60,570 nucleotides of DNA, from NCBI GenBank assembly GCA_034003145.1, contig JAVEZE010000002.1, positions 1 through 60,570 on the forward strand, given 5' to 3'. The position numbers and the translations under genes were made by a program. Origin of the DNA: Spirochaetia bacterium (GTDB lineage: Bacteria; Spirochaetota; Spirochaetia; CADAEX01). A model generated the notes under the pieces. The model saw only the letters and a list, made by a program, of their open reading frames with translations, ran no database searches and was not told the origin of the DNA. Below are positions 1 through 8,208 of the stretch, in pieces (the stretch's first letter is position 1; each line of letters starts with the position of its first letter).

Positions 1-1017
1 GCAGGCTGTCTGCTCCATGTGTGGAACCACAGCCTTTTTAAGTCATTGCTCTTTTTCGGGGCAGGCTCAGTGCTGCACAGAACCGGGACCAGAGAGATTG
101 ACAGGCTTGGCGGACTTTCAAAAGAGATGCCGTTGACAGCTTTTACTTTTTTGATAGGCGCAGCCGCAATCAGCGGGCTGCCTCCCCTAAACGGCTTTAT
201 CAGCGAATTTTTTATTTATCTCGGTTTTTTCAGATCTGCCGGATCGACTGAAAAACTGCTTTCCCTTTCTCTGCTTGCTGTTCCAGTCCTTGCCATGATA
301 GGCGCTCTGGCAGTTTCGTGTTTTGTTAAAGTCTATGGAGCGGTTTTTTCAGGCGCTCCCAGAACTGATGCTGCTGAAAACAGGATTGAGTCTCCCCCTA
401 CAATGGTTATTCCCATGGTTATTTTAAGTGTTTTTTGCCTTGTCATAGGGGTTTTTCCTGTACTTTCAGCACCTTTTCTTGAAAGAGCGATTGATGTCTG
501 GCAGGGTTTTAGCTATATGCCGGCTGCTATAACAGCAGTTTCACTTACCGCTTTGGTACCATTTGGCTGGCTCAGCGGAATAATGAGCGCTGTAATATTA
601 CTGTTTACTTTACTTTTTGTAATATTTTCAAGATATAAACGTAAAATGGAGCGAATTGAGGGAACCTGGGATTGCGGTTACGCGCAGCCGGATAAGCGGA
701 TGCAATATACTGCCGGATCCTTTGCCCGCTCTCTTACCGGGCTTTTCAGCTGGGTTTTAAAACCTCATGAAAACTTACCCCGGATAGCTGAAAGCTTTCC
801 CGCCGGCAGCTGCCTTGAAAGTCATGTAAGCGACCCGGTCCTTGACCAGGTATTGATTCCGGATTTCAATTTCCTGAGAAACAGGGCCCGATGGTTTTTC
901 CGTTTTCAGCAGGGGCAGACTCAATCTTATGTACTGTATCTGGTTGTTGCTTTGTGTGTTTTATTAGCCTCCATGATACCGTTTAAACAGTTGTTTATTG
1001 ATCTTTTTACAAAATAA
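1..1017 (+). CDS. HyfB/HycC-like (NuoL/Mrp antiporter-like) membrane subunit, 5' end off-window (partial)
   Basis: The frame is open from base 1. HSLFKSLLFFGAGSVLH and ISGLPPLNGFISEF resemble NuoL/HyfB motifs. The C-terminal W-CGY...MQYTAGSF extension is typical of hydrogenase-4 component B. Confidence 0.8.
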   Translation, partial: AGCLLHVWNHSLFKSLLFFGAGSVLHRTGTREIDRLGGLSKEMPLTAFTFLIGAAAISGLPPLNGFISEFFIYLGFFRSAGSTEKLLSLSLLAVPVLAMIGALAVSCFVKVYGAVFSGAPRTDAAENRIESPPTMVIPMVILSVFCLVIGVFPVLSAPFLERAIDVWQGFSYMPAAITAVSLTALVPFGWLSGIMSAVILLFTLLFVIFSRYKRKMERIEGTWDCGYAQPDKRMQYTAGSFARSLTGLFSWVLKPHENLPRIAESFPAGSCLESHVSDPVLDQVLIPDFNFLRNRARWFFRFQQGQTQSYVLYLVVALCVLLASMIPFKQLFIDLFTK

Positions 1018-1137
1018 TATCTTTCCATCTTCGGTAACAGCAAATCCGAAGGGAATCTGAAGGGAAGACAGGAGAAAAATCCTTTTATAAGGTGATTATC
1101 ACAGCGTTGCTGTTTTTTGGTATTTTGGGAGTTGTAC

Positions 1138-2046
1138 ATGGTTATAATAATTCATCTGCTGTTTTTATTGCTCTTTCCCCCTCTTCTTATAGGGGTTATC
1201 AACAAGACAAAAGCCCTTTTCGCGGGGCGGCGGGGAGCTCCGTTTCTGCAGCGGTACTTCGATATTTTCAAGCTTTTGAAAAAAGGGATGGTAATCAGTT
1301 CTGCCGCAACCTGGGTATTCCGCGCAGGGCCGGTAATAAGTCTTGTTACAGCTGCCGCGGCAGGCCTTTTTTTACCTATTGGAAAAATTCCTCCCCTGAT
1401 ATCGTTTCCTGGCGATTTTATTCTTTTCGCATATATGTTTGCCCTTTCCCGGTTTTTTACCACATCAGCCGCGCTTGATACCGGCTCAGCTTTTGAGGGG
1501 ATGGGTTCAGCCCGCGAGGTTACCTTTGCAGTGCTAATCGAACCAGCTTTGTTTTTTGTATTTCTGGTCCTTGCCCGTCTTTCCGGCTCATTTTCCCTGG
1601 AAGGAATGCTCTCATTGAGTGTAAAAAATATCTCTGCCATCGGAAATGCAGCTCCGCTTCTTTTGACTTCTGTCGGGCTTTTTATAGTTCTTTTAGCAGA
1701 AAACTGCCGGATACCGGTAGATGATCCCAATACCCATCTTGAGCTTACAATGATCCATGAAGTAATGGTGCTGGATCACAGCGGGCCGCTTCTTGGGCTT
1801 ATTGAGTATGGTTCTGCGGTAAAACTTTTTGTCACAGGGTCTTTATTGCTTAATCTCATACTTCCACTTCAGCTCCTTCCTGTCTGGACAGCAGCCCTTG
1901 TGCTGGCCGGGGGACTTCTTCTTTTGTCTTTTGTTATCGGGATGATAGAATCCATTATGGCAAGGCTCCGTATGCCCCGGGTTCCTGCCCTGCTTATCGC
2001 GTCGATCCTCCTGTGCGGATCTGCTTTTATAATGCTTGTGAGGTAA
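1138..2046 (+). CDS. HyfC/HycD-like (NuoH-like) membrane subunit
   Basis: Polytopic membrane ORF. The N-terminus LLIGVINKTKALFAGRRGAPFLQRY resembles HycD/NuoH. ATG at 1138 has GGGAG about 7 nt upstream (the track ORF starts at 1117). Confidence 0.8.
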   Translation: MVIIIHLLFLLLFPPLLIGVINKTKALFAGRRGAPFLQRYFDIFKLLKKGMVISSAATWVFRAGPVISLVTAAAAGLFLPIGKIPPLISFPGDFILFAYMFALSRFFTTSAALDTGSAFEGMGSAREVTFAVLIEPALFFVFLVLARLSGSFSLEGMLSLSVKNISAIGNAAPLLLTSVGLFIVLLAENCRIPVDDPNTHLELTMIHEVMVLDHSGPLLGLIEYGSAVKLFVTGSLLLNLILPLQLLPVWTAALVLAGGLLLLSFVIGMIESIMARLRMPRVPALLIASILLCGSAFIMLVR

Positions 2047-2049
2047 TAA

Positions 2050-2694
2050 ATGAATGATATTCTTAATGCATTGTTTGTAATTGTGCTTATTTTAAATCTT
2101 TTCGCCCTGGGAAGCAGCCGTATCCATTCTGTTATCAAAATTATAGCGGCCCAGGGAATACTTCTGGGGCTTTTTCCTCTTTTGGTGCATCCGGTAATAA
2201 CACTTCCTGAGATTGTTTCTTCATTGTCCGCTGTTTCACTGAAGGGTTTTATTATTCCTGCAATGATGATCAAGGCGATGCGGGATGTGAAGATTAAAAA
2301 AGAAGTGGAACCCCTTCTTGGCCTTTTGCTGTCAACAATTCTCGGAGCTCTTGTAACAGGAGCAGCGTTTCTGGTTTTCGCAAACACAGCTCCATCTGCA
2401 AACAATGGAGTTTCGCTGCTTATACCCACTTCAATATCCACGATTATCGCAGGTTTTATTATGCTTACCACCAGGGTAAAGGCTCTCTCTCAGGTTCTGG
2501 GATATTTGCTTCTGGAAAACGGTATTTATATTTTCAGTATGCTGCTTCTTGATGCTATTCCTCTGGTTGTTGAAACAGGAATGCTTCTTGACCTTTTTGT
2601 CAGTATTTTTATCATCTCAATTATTACCAACCACATCAACCAGGCGTTTTCATCACTTGATACCCGCAAACTTGCGGTGCTCAGGGAGGAGTAA
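2050..2694 (+). CDS. HyfE-like small membrane subunit
   Basis: 214-aa all-hydrophobic ORF at the HyfE position between the NuoH-like and antiporter-like genes, tightly packed (4-nt gaps). Confidence 0.6.
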   Translation: MNDILNALFVIVLILNLFALGSSRIHSVIKIIAAQGILLGLFPLLVHPVITLPEIVSSLSAVSLKGFIIPAMMIKAMRDVKIKKEVEPLLGLLLSTILGALVTGAAFLVFANTAPSANNGVSLLIPTSISTIIAGFIMLTTRVKALSQVLGYLLLENGIYIFSMLLLDAIPLVVETGMLLDLFVSIFIISIITNHINQAFSSLDTRKLAVLREE

Positions 2695-2697
2695 GAA

Positions 2698-4131
2698 ATG
2701 GCAGTGATACTTATTGTTTTTCCAATTGCTGCGGCACTGATTGCCCTGATTTATCCATGGAATGGCAGCCGTCCGGTTTTATTACCCCTGTCCGGAGTCC
2801 TCCATTCTGTAATTACTGTAATAGTTCTCCTTCGCCCTGAATATAGAAATTATAGTTCATGGTTTGTTCTTGATCCTCCGGCCGCGATAATTCTGCTGAC
2901 AGTCTCGATTCTGTATCTTCTCTCCTCTTTTTATGCGGTCGGATATCTCCGCTACCGGCCTGACCGGTCAAACCGGGTTTTTACCGCAAGTTTTTCAGCT
3001 TTCCTGGGACTGATCAGCATGGCTATCTGGTCTCATAATCTTGGACTCATGTGGGTAGCGATTGAAGGGACAGTTCTGGTAACTGCTCCGCTTATTTACT
3101 TTAACCACTCTCCCCGAAGTATTGAAGCGACATGGAAGTATCTGCTGGTTGGTTCAGTAGGTATCGCCATGGCTCTTCTGGGTACTTTATTTCTTGCATA
3201 CTCTCTTGTCCAGGGAGGTAAAGAACCTTCCCTTGATTTGATAACTCTATCTTCCAATGCGGCTTTTATGTCTCCACTGTGGCTTCGATCCGCGTTTATT
3301 CTTTTTCTGGTAGGATACGGAACAAAAATGGGGCTGGCTCCAATGCATACCTGGAAACCTGATGCCTATGGAGAGGCACCTGGAGTTGTAGGGGCGATTT
3401 TTTCCGGAGGAGTTACCAGCGGCGCTTTTCTGGCCCTTTTGAGGATCTATCAGATTACAAACGCGGCAGGGCAGGGTGCTTTTACCTCAAGGCTGATGAT
3501 TTTTATTGGACTTTTTTCCATGGCAACAGCAGGAATTTTCATGATAAACCAGCGGGACTTCAAAAGGATGCTTGCTTACTCCAGTGTCGAGCACATGGGA
3601 ATAATAACGCTTGGGGTGGGAATCGGTGGAATTGCCCTGTGGGGGGCGCTTCTGCATGTAATTATGAATGCCATGACAAAAGGGGTTCTTTTCCTCTCGG
3701 CAGCCAATATCCACCGTGCTTTTAAATATAAAAGCACAGACCTTGTACAGGGTGCTTTCAGCCGTATCCCTTTATCAGCCGGCCTTTTCCTTGCCGGGTT
3801 TTTTGCCATAACCGGTGCTCCCCCATTTGGCCCTTTTGTCAGTGAATTCACAATTTTAAACGGCGCATTTTTATCCGGCCGCTTCCTGAGCGGCTCCCTC
3901 TATCTGATTTTTCTGTTGGCTGTTTTTATTGGAATGGGTATTACTGTTTTAAAGGTAGTACAGGGAAAGCCGCCGGAGGATGCTGATAACAGTGATTTTA
4001 ACGAAAGCATATTGACAACCCTTCCTGTTATCCTGTTTCTGGTAATTGTTGTTTTTCTGGGTGTTTATCTCCCTCCATTTTTGCGTGATATGCTGAGTCA
4101 GGCAGTTGAATTTTTGGGGAATGCGATATGA
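2698..4131 (+). CDS. HyfF-like (NuoN/NuoM antiporter-like) membrane subunit
   Basis: 477-aa polytopic ORF. GYGTKMGLAPMHTWKPDAYGEAP and SSVEHMGII are characteristic of NuoM/N/HyfF proton-pumping subunits. It overlaps the next gene by 4 nt. Confidence 0.8.
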   Translation: MAVILIVFPIAAALIALIYPWNGSRPVLLPLSGVLHSVITVIVLLRPEYRNYSSWFVLDPPAAIILLTVSILYLLSSFYAVGYLRYRPDRSNRVFTASFSAFLGLISMAIWSHNLGLMWVAIEGTVLVTAPLIYFNHSPRSIEATWKYLLVGSVGIAMALLGTLFLAYSLVQGGKEPSLDLITLSSNAAFMSPLWLRSAFILFLVGYGTKMGLAPMHTWKPDAYGEAPGVVGAIFSGGVTSGAFLALLRIYQITNAAGQGAFTSRLMIFIGLFSMATAGIFMINQRDFKRMLAYSSVEHMGIITLGVGIGGIALWGALLHVIMNAMTKGVLFLSAANIHRAFKYKSTDLVQGAFSRIPLSAGLFLAGFFAITGAPPFGPFVSEFTILNGAFLSGRFLSGSLYLIFLLAVFIGMGITVLKVVQGKPPEDADNSDFNESILTTLPVILFLVIVVFLGVYLPPFLRDMLSQAVEFLGNAI

Positions 4132-5639
4132 AAAAAATTATCAATGGCAACTCGATACCACTCTCTTCCATCCCTTTAATGGAATTTGATGAATTTTCCA
4201 GCTCCATAATAAAGGAAACTGCTTCCGGCAAACGGATAAGCTCTTATTTTGGAGTTCAGGCCGGCAAAAAAGGGCAGACTGATCTATTTGTCATTCTTTC
4301 TGATGATAAACAGAATCAATTGACTGCAGCAAAGTCTGTTATCAATGGGACTTCATTCCCTTCCATTACTCCAAAATGTCCCCAGGCCCATCTTTTTGAG
4401 AGAGAGATTTCAGAACAGTTCGGCCTGAAAGCACAAGGCCACCCATGGTTTAAACCTGTCTGTTTTACTTCTTCCTGGACAGGTGTGGATGCATGGGGCC
4501 GTTCTGATGATGATTTAATACTGCCTGCGGTCGGGGATTTTTACCGTGTAGAAGGGGAGCAGGTTCATGAGGTTGCGGTAGGCCCGGTGCATGCCGGTGT
4601 TATTGAACCCGGGCATTTCAGGTTTCAGTGTTATGGAGAAGAGGTTTATCATCTTGAAATTGCGCTGGGCTTCCAGCACAGGGGAGTGGAAAAAGCACTC
4701 ATTGGGGGGCCAAACTCAAGAACACTCCATTATATGGAGACACTGGCAGGAGATACCACTGTAGGGCACACAACCAGTTACTGCCAGATAGCGGAGGCGC
4801 TGTCACAGACCCAAATATCACCCCGCGCCCAGGCGCTAAGAGGCATTGCACTTGAACTTGAGAGGCTTGCCAACCATATCGGCGATCTTGGAGCGCTTTC
4901 CGGGGATGTAGGGTATCTGCCGACTGCCAGTTTTTGCGGGCGGATAAGAGGCGAACTGCTTAATATGACTGCTGTTTTATGCGGCAGCCGCTTTGGCCGC
5001 GGAATGGTCCGCCCCGGCGGGACTGGTTTTGACGCGGAACCTGATAGGGTTGCGGATCTCCTTAAGCGGCTTGCCATAAACGAAAAAGAGGCGCGGGATG
5101 CCATTAACCTGCTCTGGGAAAACCAGTCAGTCCTTGCCCGTTTTGAGGATACCGGAGCTCTTTCCATGGAAAAAGCAGTAGAGCTGGGGATAGTCGGCCC
5201 TCCCGCGCGGGCTGCAGGGCTTAGCCGTGATATCAGATCTACCCATCCTTCAGGTATATTCAAGTTTGCCCAGATTCCGGTATCAACATGTGATTCGGGA
5301 GATGTTTTTGCCCGCGCTTATGTAAGGTGGATGGAAATCGGGCACTCATTTTCCTTTATCCGCAATCAGCTTGATTCCCTTCCTTCAGGCCCTGTCCTGA
5401 CTCAGCCCGGGCAGTTGGCTCCGGAGAGTCTTGCGGTATCGCTTAATGAAGGATGGCGGGGTGAAATATGCCATGTGGGAATTACTGATGATAAAGGTTT
5501 GTTTGTAAGGTACAAGGTAACTGATCCTTCCTTTCATAACTGGATTGCCCTTGCCCAGGTACTGAGAAATCAGGAAATATCTGATTTCCCCCTTTGCAAC
5601 AAGAGCTTTAACCTGTCCTATTGCGGACATGATCTGTAA
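4128..5639 (+). CDS. NuoC-NuoD / HycE-like 'large subunit' lacking the NiFe cysteine ligands
   Basis: VGPVHAGVIEPGHFRF and LGFQHRGVEK are group-4 hydrogenase/NuoD signatures. The N-terminal CxxC position reads ETLAGDTTVGH (4737-4769). The C-terminus reads DFPLCNKSFNLSYCGHDL instead of DPCxxCxxR/H. Confidence 0.85.
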   Translation: MKKIINGNSIPLSSIPLMEFDEFSSSIIKETASGKRISSYFGVQAGKKGQTDLFVILSDDKQNQLTAAKSVINGTSFPSITPKCPQAHLFEREISEQFGLKAQGHPWFKPVCFTSSWTGVDAWGRSDDDLILPAVGDFYRVEGEQVHEVAVGPVHAGVIEPGHFRFQCYGEEVYHLEIALGFQHRGVEKALIGGPNSRTLHYMETLAGDTTVGHTTSYCQIAEALSQTQISPRAQALRGIALELERLANHIGDLGALSGDVGYLPTASFCGRIRGELLNMTAVLCGSRFGRGMVRPGGTGFDAEPDRVADLLKRLAINEKEARDAINLLWENQSVLARFEDTGALSMEKAVELGIVGPPARAAGLSRDIRSTHPSGIFKFAQIPVSTCDSGDVFARAYVRWMEIGHSFSFIRNQLDSLPSGPVLTQPGQLAPESLAVSLNEGWRGEICHVGITDDKGLFVRYKVTDPSFHNWIALAQVLRNQEISDFPLCNKSFNLSYCGHDL

Positions 5640-5654
5640 ATTGAGGAAAGAAAA

Positions 5655-6428
5655 ATGTACAAGGAAATATTGACCCGGATAAAACAGGGACACAAAACCA
5701 TAAAATTCCCTAAGGGAAATCCTCCTGCTCTGCCTGACAGGCTGAGGGGGCTTCCCCATATATCTTCAGATAAGTGCAGCCCAATGTGCAGAGTCTGCTC
5801 AGATGCCTGCGGCGTAAATGCCATAGACCTTCAGACAAAAACAATTGATATGGGAAAATGTCTTTTTTGTACAGACTGTATTGAAGCCTGCCCTGCCGGC
5901 GCTATTGAGCTGACCTGTGATTACCGCCTTTCTGTCAGAAACAGGGAAGATTTACTTGTCAGGATGGATGAAAATGAAATTAAACTGGCAGCGGAAATGG
6001 GAAGGGAAATGAAAAAACTTTTCAGCCGTTCATTTAAATTGCGTGTGGTCAGCGCCGGAGGGTGTAACGCATGTGAGGCTGACGTAAATGTATTGACCAC
6101 AATCGGGTGGGACCTGGGGCGTTTCGGGATCAATTATGTTGCATCCCCAAGACATGCTGATGGTATTCTGGTTACAGGCCCTGTAACAAAAAATATGGAA
6201 CTTGCCCTGAAGAAAACCTATGATGCTGTCCCTGATCCCAAAGTAGTCATTGCTGTCGGGGCCTGCGCAATAGCGGGCGGCCCTTATGCAGGGCATCTTG
6301 AGGTTTTAGGCGGCGCTGATGCCATGATTCCTGTAGATCTTTATATCCCGGGATGCCCCCCTCACCCCCTTACTATTCTTGATGGTCTTCTGCGGCTTAT
6401 TGGAAAAATTAAAACAGACAGTCGCTGA
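5655..6428 (+). CDS. Fusion of a 2x[4Fe-4S] ferredoxin (HyfH/NuoI-like) with a NuoB/HycG-like small subunit
   Basis: N-terminal half has CSPMCRVCSDAC and CLFCTDCIEACP. C-terminal half has GGCNACE...GACAIAGGPY...IPGCPPHP, i.e. NuoB/HycG-type [4Fe-4S] ligands. Confidence 0.8.
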   Translation: MYKEILTRIKQGHKTIKFPKGNPPALPDRLRGLPHISSDKCSPMCRVCSDACGVNAIDLQTKTIDMGKCLFCTDCIEACPAGAIELTCDYRLSVRNREDLLVRMDENEIKLAAEMGREMKKLFSRSFKLRVVSAGGCNACEADVNVLTTIGWDLGRFGINYVASPRHADGILVTGPVTKNMELALKKTYDAVPDPKVVIAVGACAIAGGPYAGHLEVLGGADAMIPVDLYIPGCPPHPLTILDGLLRLIGKIKTDSR

Positions 6429-6453
6429 TAAAAATATCAATCTTTTCACAGCC

Positions 6454-6490
6454 GGACGTAAAAAGGCTCCCAAGGAGCCTCTTTACGTCC
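6454..6490. other. 17-bp stem hairpin (one mismatch) just downstream of the hyf-like operon
   Basis: GGACGTAAAAAGGCTCC-caa-GGAGCCTCTTTACGTCC. No T-run follows. The right arm belongs to the duplicated tRNA-Arg 3' end. Confidence 0.6.
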
Positions 6491-6501
6491 AAGAGGATTC
6501 G
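6482..6501. repeat. 20-nt perfect direct repeat of the tRNA-Arg(TCT) 3' end (partner copy 6660-6679)
   Basis: TTTACGTCCAAGAGGATTCG occurs at both positions. The second copy covers the acceptor 3' strand and half the T-arm of the minus-strand tRNA. Confidence 0.85.
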
Positions 6502-6622
6502 CCTTCGTTCCGGCAACATCCTGCTGCCGGACTCAGGCCGCCTCAGTCGCTGACGCCGACCTCCTGTCGGCTTTTCCTCCCGCCGGTCGGCGCTCCTTTG
6601 GTTCGAATCCTTTCTGTTAGAC

Positions 6623-6662
6623 AAAAAAAAGAGACCGCCCTGTGGGCAATCTCTTTTTTTTT
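6623..6662. terminator. Bidirectional rho-independent terminator
   Basis: A8 - AGAGACCGCCC tgt GGGCAATCTCT - T9. It can serve both the plus-strand operon and the minus-strand tRNA pair. Confidence 0.7.
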
Positions 6663-6735
6663 ACGTCCAAGAGGATTCGAACCTCTGACCCTCGCCTTAG
6701 AAGGGCGATGCTCTATCCAGCTGAGCTATGGACGC
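6662..6735 (-). tRNA. tRNA-Arg (anticodon TCT)
   Basis: Hand-folded cloverleaf from the reverse complement GCGTCCATAGCTCAGCTGGATAGAGCA TCGCC CTTCTAA GGCGA ... GGTTCGAATCC ... TGGACGTA. No CCA is encoded. Confidence 0.85.
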
Positions 6736-6740
6736 GCGAG

Positions 6741-6813
6741 TCGGGATAGAAGGACTCGAACCTTCGATCTCCTGCTCCCAAAGCAGGCGCCTTAGCCACT
6801 AGGCTACATCCCG
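6741..6813 (-). tRNA. tRNA-Pro (anticodon TGG)
   Basis: Reverse complement CGGGATGTAGCCTAGTGGCTAAGGCG CCTGC TTTGGGA GCAGG ... GGTTCGAGTCC ... TATCCCGA folds as a 73-nt cloverleaf. Confidence 0.85.
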
Positions 6814-6871
6814 AAAATCTGCTGAATTATACTGCTATCACTTTACATGGTCAAGATATGGATGGTATTTT

Positions 6872-7516
6872 TTGAATATGAAGCAGACTGAGCTTGTATA
6901 TCTGGCAAATGAAATATTCACTCTTCTTGATTCAAATTATCCTGATAAAATAGAGTTTCTCCATTACCGAAGCAGCTTCGAGCTATTAATTTCTGTTATA
7001 CTTTCAGCTCAAACTACAGACCGCCAGGTAATGGAGGTTGCTCCTGTACTTTTCAGCAAATATCCCGGGCCAAAAGAGCTGTCTGAGGGAAACCTTGATG
7101 ATATAATGGAGATAATCAGGTCTACAGGTTTTTACCAGGTTAAAGCGAAAAATATCAAAAACACTGCCTTAATGCTGGTTAAGGATTTCAATGGAGAGGT
7201 GCCTGATACAATGGAAAAACTTGTATTGCTTCCCGGGGTCGGGCGGAAAAGCGCCAATGTTATTATGGGAGGGGTATTTGGAAAACCTGCAGTAATTGTT
7301 GATACGCACTTTGCCCGTGTCGTAAAAAGAATTGGCCTTACAGAACAAAAAGAGCCTGAAAAAATAGAAAAAGAGATTGCCTTGATTATTGAAAATAAAA
7401 AACAGTACCGGTTTTCCATGACAGTTAATCTCCATGGTAGGAGAACATGCCATGCCCGCAAGCCATTGTGCCCAAGCTGTTTTTTAAGCCATCTGTGCAA
7501 AAGTGCTTTTAAATAA
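6872..7516 (+). CDS. nth: Endonuclease III (DNA glycosylase/AP lyase)
   Basis: LISVILSAQTTDRQV, helix-hairpin-helix LPGVGRKSANVI, and the C-terminal [4Fe-4S] motif CHARKPLCPSCFLSHLC. Confidence 0.9.
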   Translation: MNMKQTELVYLANEIFTLLDSNYPDKIEFLHYRSSFELLISVILSAQTTDRQVMEVAPVLFSKYPGPKELSEGNLDDIMEIIRSTGFYQVKAKNIKNTALMLVKDFNGEVPDTMEKLVLLPGVGRKSANVIMGGVFGKPAVIVDTHFARVVKRIGLTEQKEPEKIEKEIALIIENKKQYRFSMTVNLHGRRTCHARKPLCPSCFLSHLCKSAFK

Positions 7517-7564
7517 GATGAAATTTTAAAACCTTAAGTTTTTAAATCAGACTGATTTCCCCGG

Positions 7565-8008
7565 TTATTCTGAAAGTATTTTTTCCCATACATCATCAGT
7601 CATTCCTGACTCAGAAAGGTGTTTGTTAACAAATTCTGATAAGTTTTTAAGCCTCAATGCTGTATCAATTGATATTGTATGTTCAATCTCGCATGCTGTA
7701 CTGTCTGATTCTGCTTTTGATAGCCTCAGGACAGATTGAAGAAAATCATTGATTATATCGTGTTTTTTTCGTACAGTCGATGCAATCTTTTTCCCTTTAT
7801 CTGTGAGGGAAATAAATGAATTTTTTTCATAGTTGATAAGGCTGCGCTCTCTCAGGTTTTTCAGGGCAGAGGTTACAGAAGACATTTGCACATTCAGCAG
7901 GGCTGCAATATCTTTTACCCGTGCTACCCTGTTTTTTGATTCAAGAATGAGTATGGCTTCGAGGTAGTCTTCAAGACTGGTTGATAGTTTTGTTTGATTG
8001 CTATCCAT
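7565..8008 (-). CDS. DtxR/MntR-family metal-dependent transcriptional repressor
   Basis: LEDYLEAILILESKNRVARVKDIAALLNVQMSSVTSALKNL is a typical DtxR-type winged-helix N-terminus. ATG at 8008 is preferred over 8026. Confidence 0.7.
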   Translation of the reverse strand: MDSNQTKLSTSLEDYLEAILILESKNRVARVKDIAALLNVQMSSVTSALKNLRERSLINYEKNSFISLTDKGKKIASTVRKKHDIINDFLQSVLRLSKAESDSTACEIEHTISIDTALRLKNLSEFVNKHLSESGMTDDVWEKILSE

Positions 8009-8208
8009 GATAATATAAAAATACATCAGTCAGGGTATATTTGCAACAAGGAAAAAAACACAGGGGAAAAAAGATCCCACTATCCATGTTGTCTTAAAAA
8101 AATGGCTGCAACTATTTTTTTTCAGATTTATTTTATATAATTATTGTACTATAGATAGTATAATTTAAAATGTTTTTGCTAAAAGTATATTAAAAAGAAG
8201 GTGAAAAA

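Noticed and set aside
1101-1118. Small hairpin ACAGC-gtt-GCTGT followed by T6 between the HyfB-like and NuoH-like genes, a possible internal attenuator.
   Set aside because: The stem is only 5 bp with a 3-nt loop, too weak to call a terminator. The operon is otherwise tightly coupled.
1152-2471. Long antisense ORFs in the track (1152-1730, 1869-2471). Similar ones occur at 4778-5263, 38975-39532, 49924-50565, 54219-54581 and 58727-59119.
   Set aside because: They lie entirely opposite or out of frame within strongly supported genes, have odd Ser/Arg/Pro-rich composition and lack RBSs. They are typical shadow ORFs.
6379-6795. 138-aa plus-strand ORF running across the intergenic region and both tRNA genes.
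   Set aside because: It overlaps two well-folded minus-strand tRNAs and a terminator. It starts inside the upstream gene and its composition is Pro/Arg-rich. It is spurious.
6440-6830. A tRNA-adjacent genomic island or prophage at the Arg/Pro tRNA pair (and likewise at the five-tRNA cluster, 49012-49518).
   Set aside because: The flanking genes are ordinary housekeeping, with no integrase, transposase or phage genes. Only the short duplicated tRNA 3' end is present, and that is reported separately as a possible scar.
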